DNA of 64,000 bases from Acanthaster planci. Taxonomy: Eukaryota. The stretch spans positions 310,961 to 374,960 of the forward strand of contig NW_019091358.1 in NCBI RefSeq assembly GCF_001949145.1, read 5' to 3'. Below are positions 41,201 through 48,400 of this stretch, in pieces. The notes beneath the pieces were generated by a model. It was not told the origin of the DNA and did no database searches. It was given only the letters and a program-made list of their open reading frames with translations. The position numbers were made by a program, and so were the translations under genes. Every line of letters starts with the position of its first letter. Positions within the stretch are counted from its first letter, which is position 1.

Positions 41201-44200
41201 TCATTGCTGTGCCAACGGTTAATGTCCTTTTTACTTCAGTACTCCTGAGCTGATCTGTAACCCATGGGTGTTAATAATACCAGAAAGGAGGCACAGCTCT
41301 TTTCGAGGAGGGAGAGGGGAGCATGCACTCAACAGCAGCCGACCGACAAACTATCAACGTGGAGGTTCGATTCGGAAGCATTTTCATGGACACTGGTTCA
41401 TTGCTTTTCCTCTTTCCTCTGTTCTTTTCCCTTACTTTTCCCCCATTCTTTCCAAGGGGGAGGGGGGACGTTTTCCTCACTTTCTCACCACTCCCGCGCT
41501 GTGACCTTTCCTGGAAAGAACCCCACTTTTTCAACAGTGTCCCCCCCCACAAAAACAGACAGAGATGGACAGACTCGAAGACTGACCAGGACATTGGCGA
41601 GAATGTGTCTCTCCCTGGACAGCGCCTGGCAGAACATCTCCTTCCAGGCAAGCTCCCGGTCCTCCATGCGAGCCAGCCGCAGCATGATCCGCAGTTCCTG
41701 CGACAGCATGTCCAGCTTGGGGTGGGTCACCTCCAGCTGGGTGCTCAGCTCCTGGATCCGCTCAAGCCTCTCGATGCGGCACAGCTCCCTCACGAGGTAG
41801 GCTGATCCTCGGCCCAGCAGGGAGGAGTACAGTGATTCCATCCTGATGTAAGCAGAGGCAGCAATTTTTCACTCACACTTTTGAAACCATTGTCACATGG
41901 TGTTTTGGTTCCCAGCACTCAACTTTCCTTTATATAAATCTGTCCCGCTTTGAAGGATTTGGCTGGATTGAAACCCACGCTAAACTTGCCATTATGTTAA
42001 ATTGGTTAAAGCTCCTAGAAGCACAAATTGTGTGGTCCAGTGGAGTGCTTTGGACAGATTGAGACTAAAACTGAGCTCCTAAGCTTCATTTTAAGCTGTA
42101 AATAACTAACTCTCAAAGTCATTGTTATACAGACAAAAACACTTATTTTACTTCGTGACAAGTTTGGTAATGCAAGAATTACCTTGGCTGTAACCGTAAT
42201 GCACACAGCACTCCTGGCACCTTAACAAAATGTTTACATTTACAGTTTTGTTTTATATTTTGCTGTTTAGCATAACCCCAAAAAAGTGATTACTGTAAAT
42301 TGTCAATGCTCCAATTTTTTTCAGGGTCAGTTTATTGATTTATTTTGTTTACTGTAAATCATATTTTCAATTCTACCACTGGTGGTGACAACTACCGCTA
42401 CAGTTGAAATGAGCCATGGATAATGATTTAAATCTAACCTACCTCAGCAGTTGGTGAGGGGGTTTAGTCAGGTCCAACAGATTCAGGAACAACAGTTCCA
42501 ACTGCAGGTCCTCCATCTCCTTGCTGGGGTCCATCAGGGACAAGACCTTGTAGACCCGGCTCACCAGTTTTTCCCTGTTGCCCGGGGCCTGCCGCAGTGC
42601 CGAGATGTCCTCCATCAAGCAGTCCACGTACACCTGCTGCAGGCCCCGGTTGTGGGACAAGTGACGCCGGGAGCCGGCCGGGAGTGCCAGGTGACCCAGG
42701 AGGGAGTGGCCCAGGTGGGGGTCGCGCTGGACCACAGCCTTCAGGAAGACTCGGATCCTGTCGGTGAGGGACGGCGCGTGGGGGGTGGGCAACGGTGGGT
42801 TGCCCAGCTGCTCTGCATTCTTTATGTCCTGGATGTAGATGAAGAGGTTGTACACATCCTGCCGAAAATAAACAAGATGGGAATATAATATACTGACAGT
42901 TGCCAACACAATGTGCTATACATGTAAATGTCCAAAACAATGCAATATACAGCAACTGCCCTCCCATTCAAATACAGAGTCTGGACAAACTGCCCTTTCC
43001 ATGAAAATCAAATGAGATACATGTGATTTATCTATGTACCAGGGAGGTGGGGCGTTAACATATGAAAAGTGGGTCGAATCTTTGACTCCTCAAATAGTAT
43101 GAGGTTTTATTTAGAAACAATTTATTTAACTTAAAGAAGTAAATACATGTACAATCACTTCAGTGCTTGTGTTACCATGGCTACAGCTGCAAAGAATTTC
43201 AAAAAGGGTAAAAAAATCTCTTCCAAAACAAGTCTCGCATGAAGCTGTACCTGTACAACATCCGTGGGGGCGTAACTGCTGGCACTGTGCAGAAGAAGCC
43301 TAAACTCAACCAGTGTGCTCACAGAATGAGGTGGTCTCTCCTGAACGGAAAAAAAAAAATCAAGACAAGTGCAGATTTTCTGAAAGGAGATTTTAGTTGC
43401 AATGTATGTTGTTGGGTTTCTTGACTGGGTACCATAGGCCTAGTGTTTCCCCTGCCCAACCAGACCTCATGCAGACCATCTCCCTGATTGTAGTGCCACC
43501 TCATTAAGAAACAAGAAAAAAATTGAAGTGAACATAAACAACTGTGTAGTCTGTACAATTTTTCGTAATTACATGTAGATTGTTCACGCAAAGAAAGCCA
43601 ACCAATGCAAGATTGGTTTACAATGGATAGAGGAACTGGCTGATAACAAAGCATGCATTAAAATGTACACAATGAAAGTATACCGTACAGGTACATGTAC
43701 ATGTAGGTTTACATGCACATGTATTACATGTACACCTTACATGTACGTGCACATATATAATGTCCATGGTGAATACATATCCTGGAAAACTTTAGGCCCT
43801 GCTGGCATGCTTGGCAATGCTTGCCGATGCATGCACTTTGAATTTTTTTACCACCTCTTTCCATCAAACCCCGAGGGAACTTCGACAAATTGCAACAATT
43901 ATTACTGTTGGATTTCGACAGGGTATGGAAGAATGGAAAGAAAAGTCCAGACAATCGGCCCCAGGCCCAAAGGTCCTCTCACCATGGACAACTAGAGCTG
44001 CTGGATTAAAATTGATGATGACATTGCACACTCAACGTTCTTGTGAAGATGCTGCACATCAGTGACTCTACTAGGGTATGCTTCATACCAAGCGTCGCAC
44101 TGTGTCCACCAAAGGGTCTCTGATGTACATACATGTTAGGTCTCTGACACAGTTTCCTTTCCAGTGAAGCTTTTGGAGGGCATTGAGTGAACTACAATGT

Positions 44201-45404
44201 ACGTATAAAGGTACTGTGGTAAAAAATACTAGGGTGAAAAACACCATTTTTTTTGTTATTGTAAACTGGTTGGTGACATCTGTGACTCACCTCTACGTCA
44301 GAGCTTAGGTTTCTGTGTTCCTGCAGTGCCAACCAAGCCAGATGGTGTGCTGAAGGGACGCTCTCTGATGCCAAACTACACAAAATCAGATTCAAGTCAA
44401 ATGCTAGGTGTGAAAGTCTTAGAGTATCAGGGCTGAGAAGGGCTGAGAGTGTTACAAATGAACTATGCAAGTTTCTCCTGGATAAAACTAGGGTAAGATA
44501 TGATGGGCACCAAATGCCGTTACTGTGCATCTGGCTCCCATGCAAAGACACAATGGTTTTGTGCACATTCAGATGAATATCTGTCATTCATGTACAAGGT
44601 GCCATATGCATGTGAACAACTACATGTGCGTGCTTGAATTTCTTGCCCTTGGTGGTCAGTCAGTCAGTGCCTCCTGCAGTGTGCCACTCCACTCTATGGA
44701 ACACTGCTGTATTACAGTGAAACTAGAAAGCACAATGCCTTGTCCCCTAGGGTACAGGAAAATATGATGGTACATGTATGTGAACACTGTGTCCCGCATA
44801 ATTAAATGCTTGGAAGTACATGTACATGTTCGTAGCAACCCAGTGCATGTACAGTTCCTGCATGGACTCTATTGATGAAACAATGGACATCATTCCTCAA
44901 AGAAAATTTTATTGTACTAACATTTTCGAACAAAGGGTAAATCAAAAACTAACATTTATAAGGATGAGCAAAGAAAATGATGGGAGCAGGGTTTGAACTT
45001 GCAGCCTCCAGTATACCGTATTGGCGCTCTACCAACTGAGCTATCCAGCCCTATCTTGGTGGCTCCTCCAAATTTATAAATATCTTCATTCAGGGGACTC
45101 TAACCAAGAGCTACAGTAGATAAAAACTCAAACAAATTTAAGACTGTACTACATGTACCGGTACAATGTACCTGCAATCGAATGGATGCTCAACTACAGC
45201 CTCCAGCACTTTTCTGACGCTGGGCTCAAGCCACTCCCCCTCCCCATATTTCTCCAGCAGTGTTGTGCCGCATGCCCTGACCAGCTCCCACTGGCCCAGG
45301 TGGAGATGGTTGCAGAAGGCCACAAAGAGCTGCTGCTGTGACACTTTCTCCTCCTGGCCGAAGGGATGAGTGCTGGTAGAGGTAGGGGTGTAGGTAGCCA
45401 TCAT
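2046..45404 (-). CDS. ZFYVE26: Spastizin / zinc finger FYVE domain-containing protein 26, whole spliced CDS (42 coding exons, ~3286 aa)
   Basis: N-terminus HPFGQEEKVSQQQLFVAFCNHLHLGQWELVRAC resembles recalled human HPFGKEEAASQKQLFGFFCECLRRGEWELAQAC. FYVE finger WVPD...RRHHCRRCGRVVC...RVCDQC. C-terminal motifs FYYEQAPS, NPEVD, CGKLKSAYLIAVK. All 41 introns are GT-AG and phases are compatible. Confidence 0.95.
3014..3247 (-). CDS. ZFYVE26: ZFYVE26 exon 41 (DFRLPDTLIY...LIKSDTNK)
   Basis: 234 nt, AG/GT, phase 0. Confidence 0.92.
3584..3643 (-). CDS. ZFYVE26: ZFYVE26 exon 40 (VLLAGPSVNDGFLMAFQIIQ)
   Basis: 60 nt; resembles recalled human VMLGGKNVEDGFGIAFRVLQ. Confidence 0.88.
4536..4707 (-). 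CDS. ZFYVE26: ZFYVE26 exon 39 (NHMNTISQQIEVTK...LPTLFGN...AYR)
   Basis: HMNT..Q.EVT and PTLFGN motifs. Confidence 0.92.
5586..5839 (-). CDS. ZFYVE26: ZFYVE26 exon 38 (DFVRASMTCIKFY...SQLT)
   Basis: D.VRA.MTCI.F motif. Confidence 0.92.
6186..6383 (-). CDS. ZFYVE26: ZFYVE26 exon 37 (HCSSEVFLEG...DPTLAAWNNYL...QLFMK)
   Basis: DPTL..W..YL and LY..Q.FMK motifs. Confidence 0.92.
7114..7260 (-). CDS. ZFYVE26: ZFYVE26 exon 36 (ASFTGNPLDNPALQECHFYI...YILHQ)
   Basis: QEC.FY motif, 147 nt. Confidence 0.9.
7450..7642. repeat. Degenerate short tandem repeat (CACAAGTCTT/CACAAGTAGT units)
   Basis: Recurring ~10-bp units with a ~21-bp higher-order period. Confidence 0.8.
8166..8228 (-). CDS. ZFYVE26: ZFYVE26 exon 35 (AQAILSASVTSIRDFIAEPTS)
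   Basis: 63 nt, CAG acceptor, GTAAGC donor, phase 0. Confidence 0.75.
8622..8714 (-). CDS. ZFYVE26: ZFYVE26 exon 34 (PPSDKNVMSVTSKLLTDIIQYLETSASQADT)
   Basis: 93 nt; PP.D.N....S.L..D...YLE motif. Confidence 0.85.
9059..9224 (-). CDS. ZFYVE26: ZFYVE26 exon 33 (RQVRDRL...EVSTKCGLD...AREKFARILK)
   Basis: EVSTK.GLD...W.AWG..CL.AG motif. Confidence 0.93.
9705..9954. repeat. 82-84-bp tandem repeat, 3 copies, each containing a copy of the exon 32 splice donor
   Basis: TTACTCACCTTGC at 9774, 9858 and 9940, identical to the real junction at 10101. Confidence 0.9.
10109..10285 (-). CDS. ZFYVE26: ZFYVE26 exon 32 (SMMKTLLFNAK...LCDSY...ADSA)
   Basis: MK.LLF.AK and LCDSY motifs; AAG|GTGAGT donor. Confidence 0.92.
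10757..10917 (-). CDS. ZFYVE26: ZFYVE26 exon 31 (APSTSVCLSILDLH...NPEVDYNLII)
   Basis: APS.S.C..IL.LH and NPEVD motifs. Confidence 0.92.
11704..11915 (-). CDS. ZFYVE26: ZFYVE26 exon 30 (DSRHSP...WQLTLDDVYNTLIREDFYYEQ)
   Basis: W.L.L....N..IR..FYYEQ motif. Confidence 0.92.
12425..12480 (-). CDS. ZFYVE26: ZFYVE26 exon 29 (RPQNSNMSSLEQRLKAKQP)
   Basis: 56 nt, needed to bridge phase 2 to phase 1; CAG|GTAAGT donor. Confidence 0.8.
12686..12825 (-). CDS. ZFYVE26: ZFYVE26 exon 28, FYVE C-half (FNRRHHCRRCGRVVCWRCS...RVCDQCY)
   Basis: Canonical RRHHCR and RVC FYVE motifs. Confidence 0.95.
13270..13511. mobile_element. MITE with ~27-bp TIRs, GGG...CCC ends and a 4-bp target duplication (AACT)
   Basis: Left GGGTCATTCTACATATTAGGGGTCCAA, right TTGGACCCTGAATTTATAGAATGACCC; flanks AACT/AACT. 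Confidence 0.85.
13732..13997 (-). CDS. ZFYVE26: ZFYVE26 exon 27, FYVE N-half (WVPDLKETHCMVCKEERFSM)
   Basis: WxxD and CxxC motifs, ATG|GTGAGT donor. Confidence 0.92.
14876..15040 (-). CDS. ZFYVE26: ZFYVE26 exon 26 (Ser/Arg-rich linker DFESTLRSVS...PVARDR)
   Basis: GC-rich island, AG/GT, symmetric phase 1-1 so it could be skipped. Confidence 0.75.
16038..16197 (-). CDS. ZFYVE26: ZFYVE26 exon 25 (IEHASTVLTCL...LVTRYAKNAIQL...PQS)
   Basis: AG/GT, phase 0 to 1. Confidence 0.87.
16811..16906 (-). CDS. ZFYVE26: ZFYVE26 exon 24 (ALLCLPEPERHDCEHLVSKPMLMLEQLLMNTK)
   Basis: MLEQLLMN spastizin motif, 96 nt. Confidence 0.9.
18698..18883 (-). CDS. ZFYVE26: ZFYVE26 exon 23 (ILEQIGDRALCL...SLSLGAK)
   Basis: 186 nt, AG/GT, phase 0. 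Confidence 0.88.
19150..19760 (+). mobile_element. Possible highly decayed LINE (CR1/L2-like) 3' fragment
   Basis: Broken-frame pieces such as AAPWLP, QVRFSAAK and SKTSFRIEFSPIVTHW loosely recall LINE RT C-termini; weak. Confidence 0.3.
20841..20906 (-). CDS. ZFYVE26: ZFYVE26 exon 22 (TIHEKHLLHLLGDSNNTLMAYQ)
   Basis: HLLHLL motif, 66 nt, AG/GT. Confidence 0.85.
21510..21734 (-). CDS. ZFYVE26: ZFYVE26 exon 21 (IAEYAQAND...DFELAKKWAVQH...LKE)
   Basis: 225 nt, AG/GT, phase 0. Confidence 0.88.
22428..23485 (-). CDS. ZFYVE26: ZFYVE26 exon 20 (1058 nt; GLPMRPK...FSMTESTLAYLHSKSKLVASLA...MKTYSK)
   Basis: Long ORF; resembles recalled human LTSSALAFLKSRSKLLATVA; phase 1 to 0. Confidence 0.92.
23919..24126 (-). 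CDS. ZFYVE26: ZFYVE26 exon 19 (VTIPKQLDWFRKDF...EKPASP)
   Basis: CAG acceptor, G|GTGAGA donor, phase 0 to 1. Confidence 0.85.
24784..24876 (-). CDS. ZFYVE26: ZFYVE26 exon 18 (VLQVNTVEEQLESAMQQFLENYVIVNEERMR)
   Basis: 93 nt, CAG acceptor, GG|GTAAGT donor. Confidence 0.87.
25727..25827 (-). CDS. ZFYVE26: ZFYVE26 exon 17 (ALNVEDPWHRYLPPAETRLLFVISNGCQVSPALQ)
   Basis: CAG acceptor, CAG|GTAAGG donor, phase 1 to 0. Confidence 0.85.
26463..26548 (-). CDS. ZFYVE26: ZFYVE26 exon 16 (SAFELRYIILRPGLHPPSCFNHMLLHRLH)
   Basis: CAG acceptor, G|GTAAGC donor, phase 2 to 1. Confidence 0.85.
26652..27234 (+). mobile_element. piggyBac-like non-autonomous element, family A copy 1 (contains an N gap)
   Basis: TTAA|CCACTTCCTGCCGGG ... 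CCCGGCATGAAGTGG|TTAA. Confidence 0.88.
27699..27871 (-). CDS. ZFYVE26: ZFYVE26 exon 15 (ETTATTP...ERIAYLNKMAYRIGQLGVV)
   Basis: AAG acceptor (less certain), AG|GTAGG donor, phase 0 to 2. Confidence 0.8.
29241..29826 (-). mobile_element. piggyBac-like non-autonomous element, family A copy 2, inverted relative to copy 1
   Basis: TTAA|CCACTTCATGCTGGG ... CCTGGCAGCAAGTGG|TTAA; internal sequence is the reverse-complement homologue of 26652-27234 (e.g. GCGGATTACCACYGGGGACAAAAGCG). Confidence 0.88.
29831..30012. mobile_element. 182-bp piggyBac-like MITE sharing the TTAA site with the adjacent element
   Basis: TTAA|CCCCTTTGCGCCG ... CGGAGCAAAGGGG|CTAA (13-bp TIR, 1 mismatch). Confidence 0.7.
30898..31127 (-). 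CDS. ZFYVE26: ZFYVE26 exon 14, start of DUF547-like region (LAFVDLDRLDSPGEQLCFFTNVMNLMLAHA)
   Basis: TAG acceptor, AAG|GTGAGT donor, phase 1 to 0. Confidence 0.87.
31896..32146 (-). CDS. ZFYVE26: ZFYVE26 exon 13 (RLEGVADQLKLNLVHVIIRSCCP...MIMLMK)
   Basis: AG/GT, phase 2 to 1. Confidence 0.88.
32290..32548. repeat. 32-bp minisatellite, ~7 copies, in a ZFYVE26 intron
   Basis: Unit GATTCCTGCCATGACTCTGTAACAATGCCTGA. Confidence 0.95.
32863..32983 (-). CDS. ZFYVE26: ZFYVE26 exon 12 (GLDQPVPSG...NPYCVLEDSPNFLLGRLMFQNQIPPT)
   Basis: NP..LL..SP..LL..L.F...IPP motif; weak donor AG|GTCCAA but phase fits. Confidence 0.82.
33780..33878. mobile_element. Solo right end of a Tc1/mariner-like MITE
   Basis: Repeated TGTTCGGTA subterminal motifs ending GCATTCCACTG|TA; left TIR not found. 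Confidence 0.5.
33919..34969 (-). CDS. ZFYVE26: ZFYVE26 exon 11 (1051 nt; VVKMFELE...FDLACSACTSWKASRDLLE...EWYP)
   Basis: Long ORF, DLACS.C..WK motif, phase 0 to 1. Confidence 0.92.
35073..35245 (-). CDS. ZFYVE26: ZFYVE26 exon 10 (DGSTSSSKRRKKRRRRK...MCLHRGSYSQALQ)
   Basis: AG/GT, phase 1 to 0; resembles recalled human LLASCILRGNFAEAHQ. Confidence 0.88.
36920..37166. mobile_element. Second copy of the GGG-ended MITE at 13270
   Basis: Shares TGTCACATCTGACATA and GGACACAAAAATGTCACACTTTTGGACCC; TIRs GGGTAATTCCAGAAAT / ATTTCTGGAACTACCC; flanks GTCT/GCCT. Confidence 0.85.
37468..38742 (-). CDS. ZFYVE26: ZFYVE26 exon 9 (1275 nt; QQERDIAVYRSFLAIK...YPLTYRVETLENIFSLLF...EAWWRYRLV)
   Basis: Long ORF with LENIFSLL and EA.WR motifs, phase 1 to 1. 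Confidence 0.92.
39160..39329 (-). CDS. ZFYVE26: ZFYVE26 exon 8 (RPFLLASG...SVLHMLHHATNL...KKPQL)
   Basis: SVL..LHH.TNL motif, AG/GT, phase 2 to 1. Confidence 0.88.
40248..40339 (-). CDS. ZFYVE26: ZFYVE26 exon 7 (APSVSEPLLDQACGKLTHQVQLVQWCLEKT)
   Basis: LLxxAC...L.WC motif, AG/GT, phase 0 to 2. Confidence 0.88.
40508..40678 (-). CDS. ZFYVE26: ZFYVE26 exon 6 (DTSMTFIRDG...LLLGWNH...ALHTPGT)
   Basis: EFVPLKPLVLLLGW resembles recalled human EFRPLSCLLVLLGW; CAG|GAC acceptor, phase 0. Confidence 0.88.
41587..41842 (-). CDS. ZFYVE26: ZFYVE26 exon 5 (RMESLYSSLL...RHILANVL)
   Basis: AG/GT boundaries, phase 2 to 0. Confidence 0.9.
42443..42858 (-). CDS. ZFYVE26: ZFYVE26 exon 4 (DVYNLFIYIQD...PPHQLL)
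   Basis: GC-rich ORF, AG/GT boundaries, phase 0 to 2. Confidence 0.9.
43251..43340 (-). CDS. ZFYVE26: ZFYVE26 exon 3 (ERPPHSVSTLVEFRLLLHSASSYAPTDVVQ)
   Basis: 90 nt, CAG acceptor after poly-T, CAG|GTACAG donor. Confidence 0.85.
44291..44375 (-). CDS. ZFYVE26: ZFYVE26 exon 2 (SLASESVPSAHHLAWLALQEHRNLSSDVE)
   Basis: TAG acceptor, GAG|GTGAGT donor, phase 2 to 0. Confidence 0.85.
44982..45051 (-). pseudogene. tRNA-like pseudogene or SINE head in ZFYVE26 intron
   Basis: GGGCTGGA-TAGCTCAGTTGGTAGAGC (A-box/D-arm) ... GTTCAAACC (B-box); acceptor and anticodon stems are mismatched, so probably not a functional tRNA. Confidence 0.75.
45172..45404 (-). CDS. ZFYVE26: ZFYVE26 coding exon 1 (MMATY...EHPFDC)
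   Basis: ATG at 45404, spastizin N-terminal motif, donor CAG|GTACAT. A possible upstream acceptor at 45452 suggests a non-coding 5' exon. Confidence 0.9.
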
Positions 45405-45469
45405 TAACTGCTCACCAGGTGGCTTTGATGACTTTACTTCGATGTAGTAATCTAAACTACATGTAGATG

Positions 45470-48400
45470 TATATCCTGTTTAGTAATACATAGGATTGTT
45501 TCATTAGTGACTCTGATGGGGACATCCAGGGTTGATGTTTAACAAGCCAGTTTAATATTTCAAAAGGTAACATTATTCGAGAGGTCATTCACAAGCTCAA
45601 ACATGTTCATCGCAGTTGAACAGCATACAGTCACACTGACAGGGCTGAACTTGAATGCCAACTGCCATTCTGGAATGACCTCCGACGTGCTTCATTTGGA
45701 CATCTGTTGGAATACCAGGATACTAGGATCACCAAGCCCACTTGAAAAAAAGTCCCCATTTAGAGGGGCATTCCCTCTTTCGGGGGACTGATATTGTCTC
45801 TGAATAAAAAGGGACTTCTCTGAGTTTAGGGGCACTCTGTTATTTTAAGAATAATTTGGTGGTGTTTTTTTTTCAGATGGTCGCAAATGTTAACAATCTT
45901 GAATCTTGTGCAAATTTATTGTACTCCATCCCGAGACCATTTGTGTTTGAAGAAAATCCATTGATGGGATAATCAACTCCGGAGAGAGTCACCACACTAA
46001 ATCTGTCGTTTTAAATTTTTGATTTCCAGAGCAAATACGCAGAAAAGATCCACAAAATATTTACCAACATAAAGGAGAAACCTTGTTCTTTTCAATGATA
46101 TACTTTTCAGGGAGACTTGCATGCAATTTCAAGTCAGAATTGTCTGTTGACTTTTTTTTTCAATGGAGTGATCCCGATCACAGGCGCGGCCATCTTGATT
46201 TTTAATGTGTGATGTCATATTCTCAGGTTTCCTAATTTTTGTATGTGAGAGTTTGGTGCATGTAAATAATTCTAGTGAGAATTGGATAGAAAATGAAACA
46301 AGCTTTCATATGGTACCAAACTTTGACGAATTTGGTGTACTCTGAAGGTAGTAAAACGATCTACATGTACATGTATGGAGAAGTTGTGAATCAAAAAGGT
46401 ATTTTTATCCCATAACATTTTTCGGTGGGGAAAACCTACTTAAAAGGAGGTTGAAGAGGCTAGAAAGAATGATTTTTGGGAACATTATCCAATACAATGG
46501 TATAAAAACTGTGACACCTTTTTATGTCACACTACCACCGCAAAAAAACTTTTATGAAATGTATCATTTTGGATTATGCCTGCAAAATGTGTTTCAAGGC
46601 TGAGTGTGTATTGTAACATAAGATGGGCATCTGAACTGAAAATGAGAAGGAAAGTTTTGGTGAATAAATTTGGATGAATAGGCTAATCATGCCTTGGCTT
46701 TTTATCAGTTTCAACAAGTGGGACTAATTAATAGAAACAATGATACATATTATCAATTAACACAAAAACTTTTTGAGCAAAATTAGGAATGTACATGTAC
46801 AAGTGGCATGTTTGGTCGTTCGTTGCTGTAAACATGTGTACATGTGACACTGTTCATTTTTTTGAGCACAGACTTCTGTTTATGCATATCCTCTTGAGTC
46901 ATGAACTGAACACCACCAAATAGTATTAAGAATGTCAGGGACTATCATGTGGGGCTGTTCTTTCTGGTTCTTCTGGTACAATTAATTGTCCGGTTCCACA
47001 AATTGTCTGGTTCTGCAAAATCTAGAAAATGGTCTTTGTTTTCATAAAGATGGATGGGCAAAGACTTGGTTTATAGTTCTGTCAGACAGTTTACTTGAAG
47101 ATCTTTCAGAAAAAAATTATTTTACTTGCGGACCCACCGCATGGAATCACGAAGAGCGGCTACGACTGTTTTTTTGCCGATCGTAGTTCACAGAAACTGT
47201 GCCTGTGCATTCTGCGCTATGTTGTGTTTGTCGCTCTTTTACACAATCATCACAGTATTTTTTTTAAAACCAGTGACCGTGCTGCCATCAGAAATACATG
47301 TAATCTGATTTCCCGTCCTGAAAATATGAGGTATGTGCTCTGTAAAAATCTGCAAGTTTTGGACACAAAAGTAACTGCAAGACTTTTGTCCAGCTCCGCG
47401 AATAAGTTTCAGCAGACCAAAGCTGGAAAATGGGTGTCTGGAAATTGGGCATATAACCTCGTTATACACTATACGTGTACATGGTACGTTGAAGAATAAA
47501 AAATTCTTTGTTTTAATGCTGACTACCATTATACATGATTTGGTTTTTTAATTTACTCACTCCACAACATGCATAAAGGCAAATCTCTCCAAACTGACCT
47601 CCAAAAATTGATCAATGTTATAAATCTTCAGTAAATTTCTTATCTCAAAAGAACTGACTTTAATGCCATGGGGTATTTCAAATGCTGGTGAATGGAGCAT
47701 GTTGGAAAAGTGGGTAAATGCACTTGAAAGAATAAATCTGAACATTTCTCTTTCAGCCACAAAGAAGGCAACAGATTTTTGTATAGATATAATGGACTCT
47801 ACAATTTCTTGAAAAGAAAGCTAGTGGTCCAGATTGCTACTTACAATCACGGCCTTTTCCAGTCTTTTTTTGTTATTATAATGATGTAAATAGGGCGGAA
47901 ACGATACACCTGTGTCACGATACGATACATGCCAAACGATGCGAAATGTATTTTGATACATGTACATGTACATCTGAATTATAAGAACAAATAAAATCAT
48001 GACAACTGAACACACTCAGCTTGCTCAGGACCCAAGCAACTGTAATGAGGAAAGATAATGCTGGTTTCAAAATACTTACATTTCAGCAAACTTCATGAAC
48101 CTGGGAAAATATCAAGTTTTCAATGTGTAATTTTATCAGATTTATAAAGCTCATACAGTTGATAGGCCTAGTTGTTGTATGAATTCTTTAATTTGGATTT
48201 AGCCACACGAATTAGCTATACTTGATGAAAAAAACCATGTGCATACTGCGGCTTCGAGTGCGTTGTACTAAAACATAGAACATGTACATATATACACTGG
48301 ACAGCAAAAGGAACTTGCCACTTCTGTCATAGGCCACACAAAAGCACTCTCCACCAAGCAAAAATGATCCNTTATATCCTGTTTAGTAATACATAGGATT

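Noticed and set aside
44982..45051. Functional tRNA gene
   Set aside because: Acceptor stem and anticodon arm are mispaired, so it is treated as a pseudogene or SINE head.
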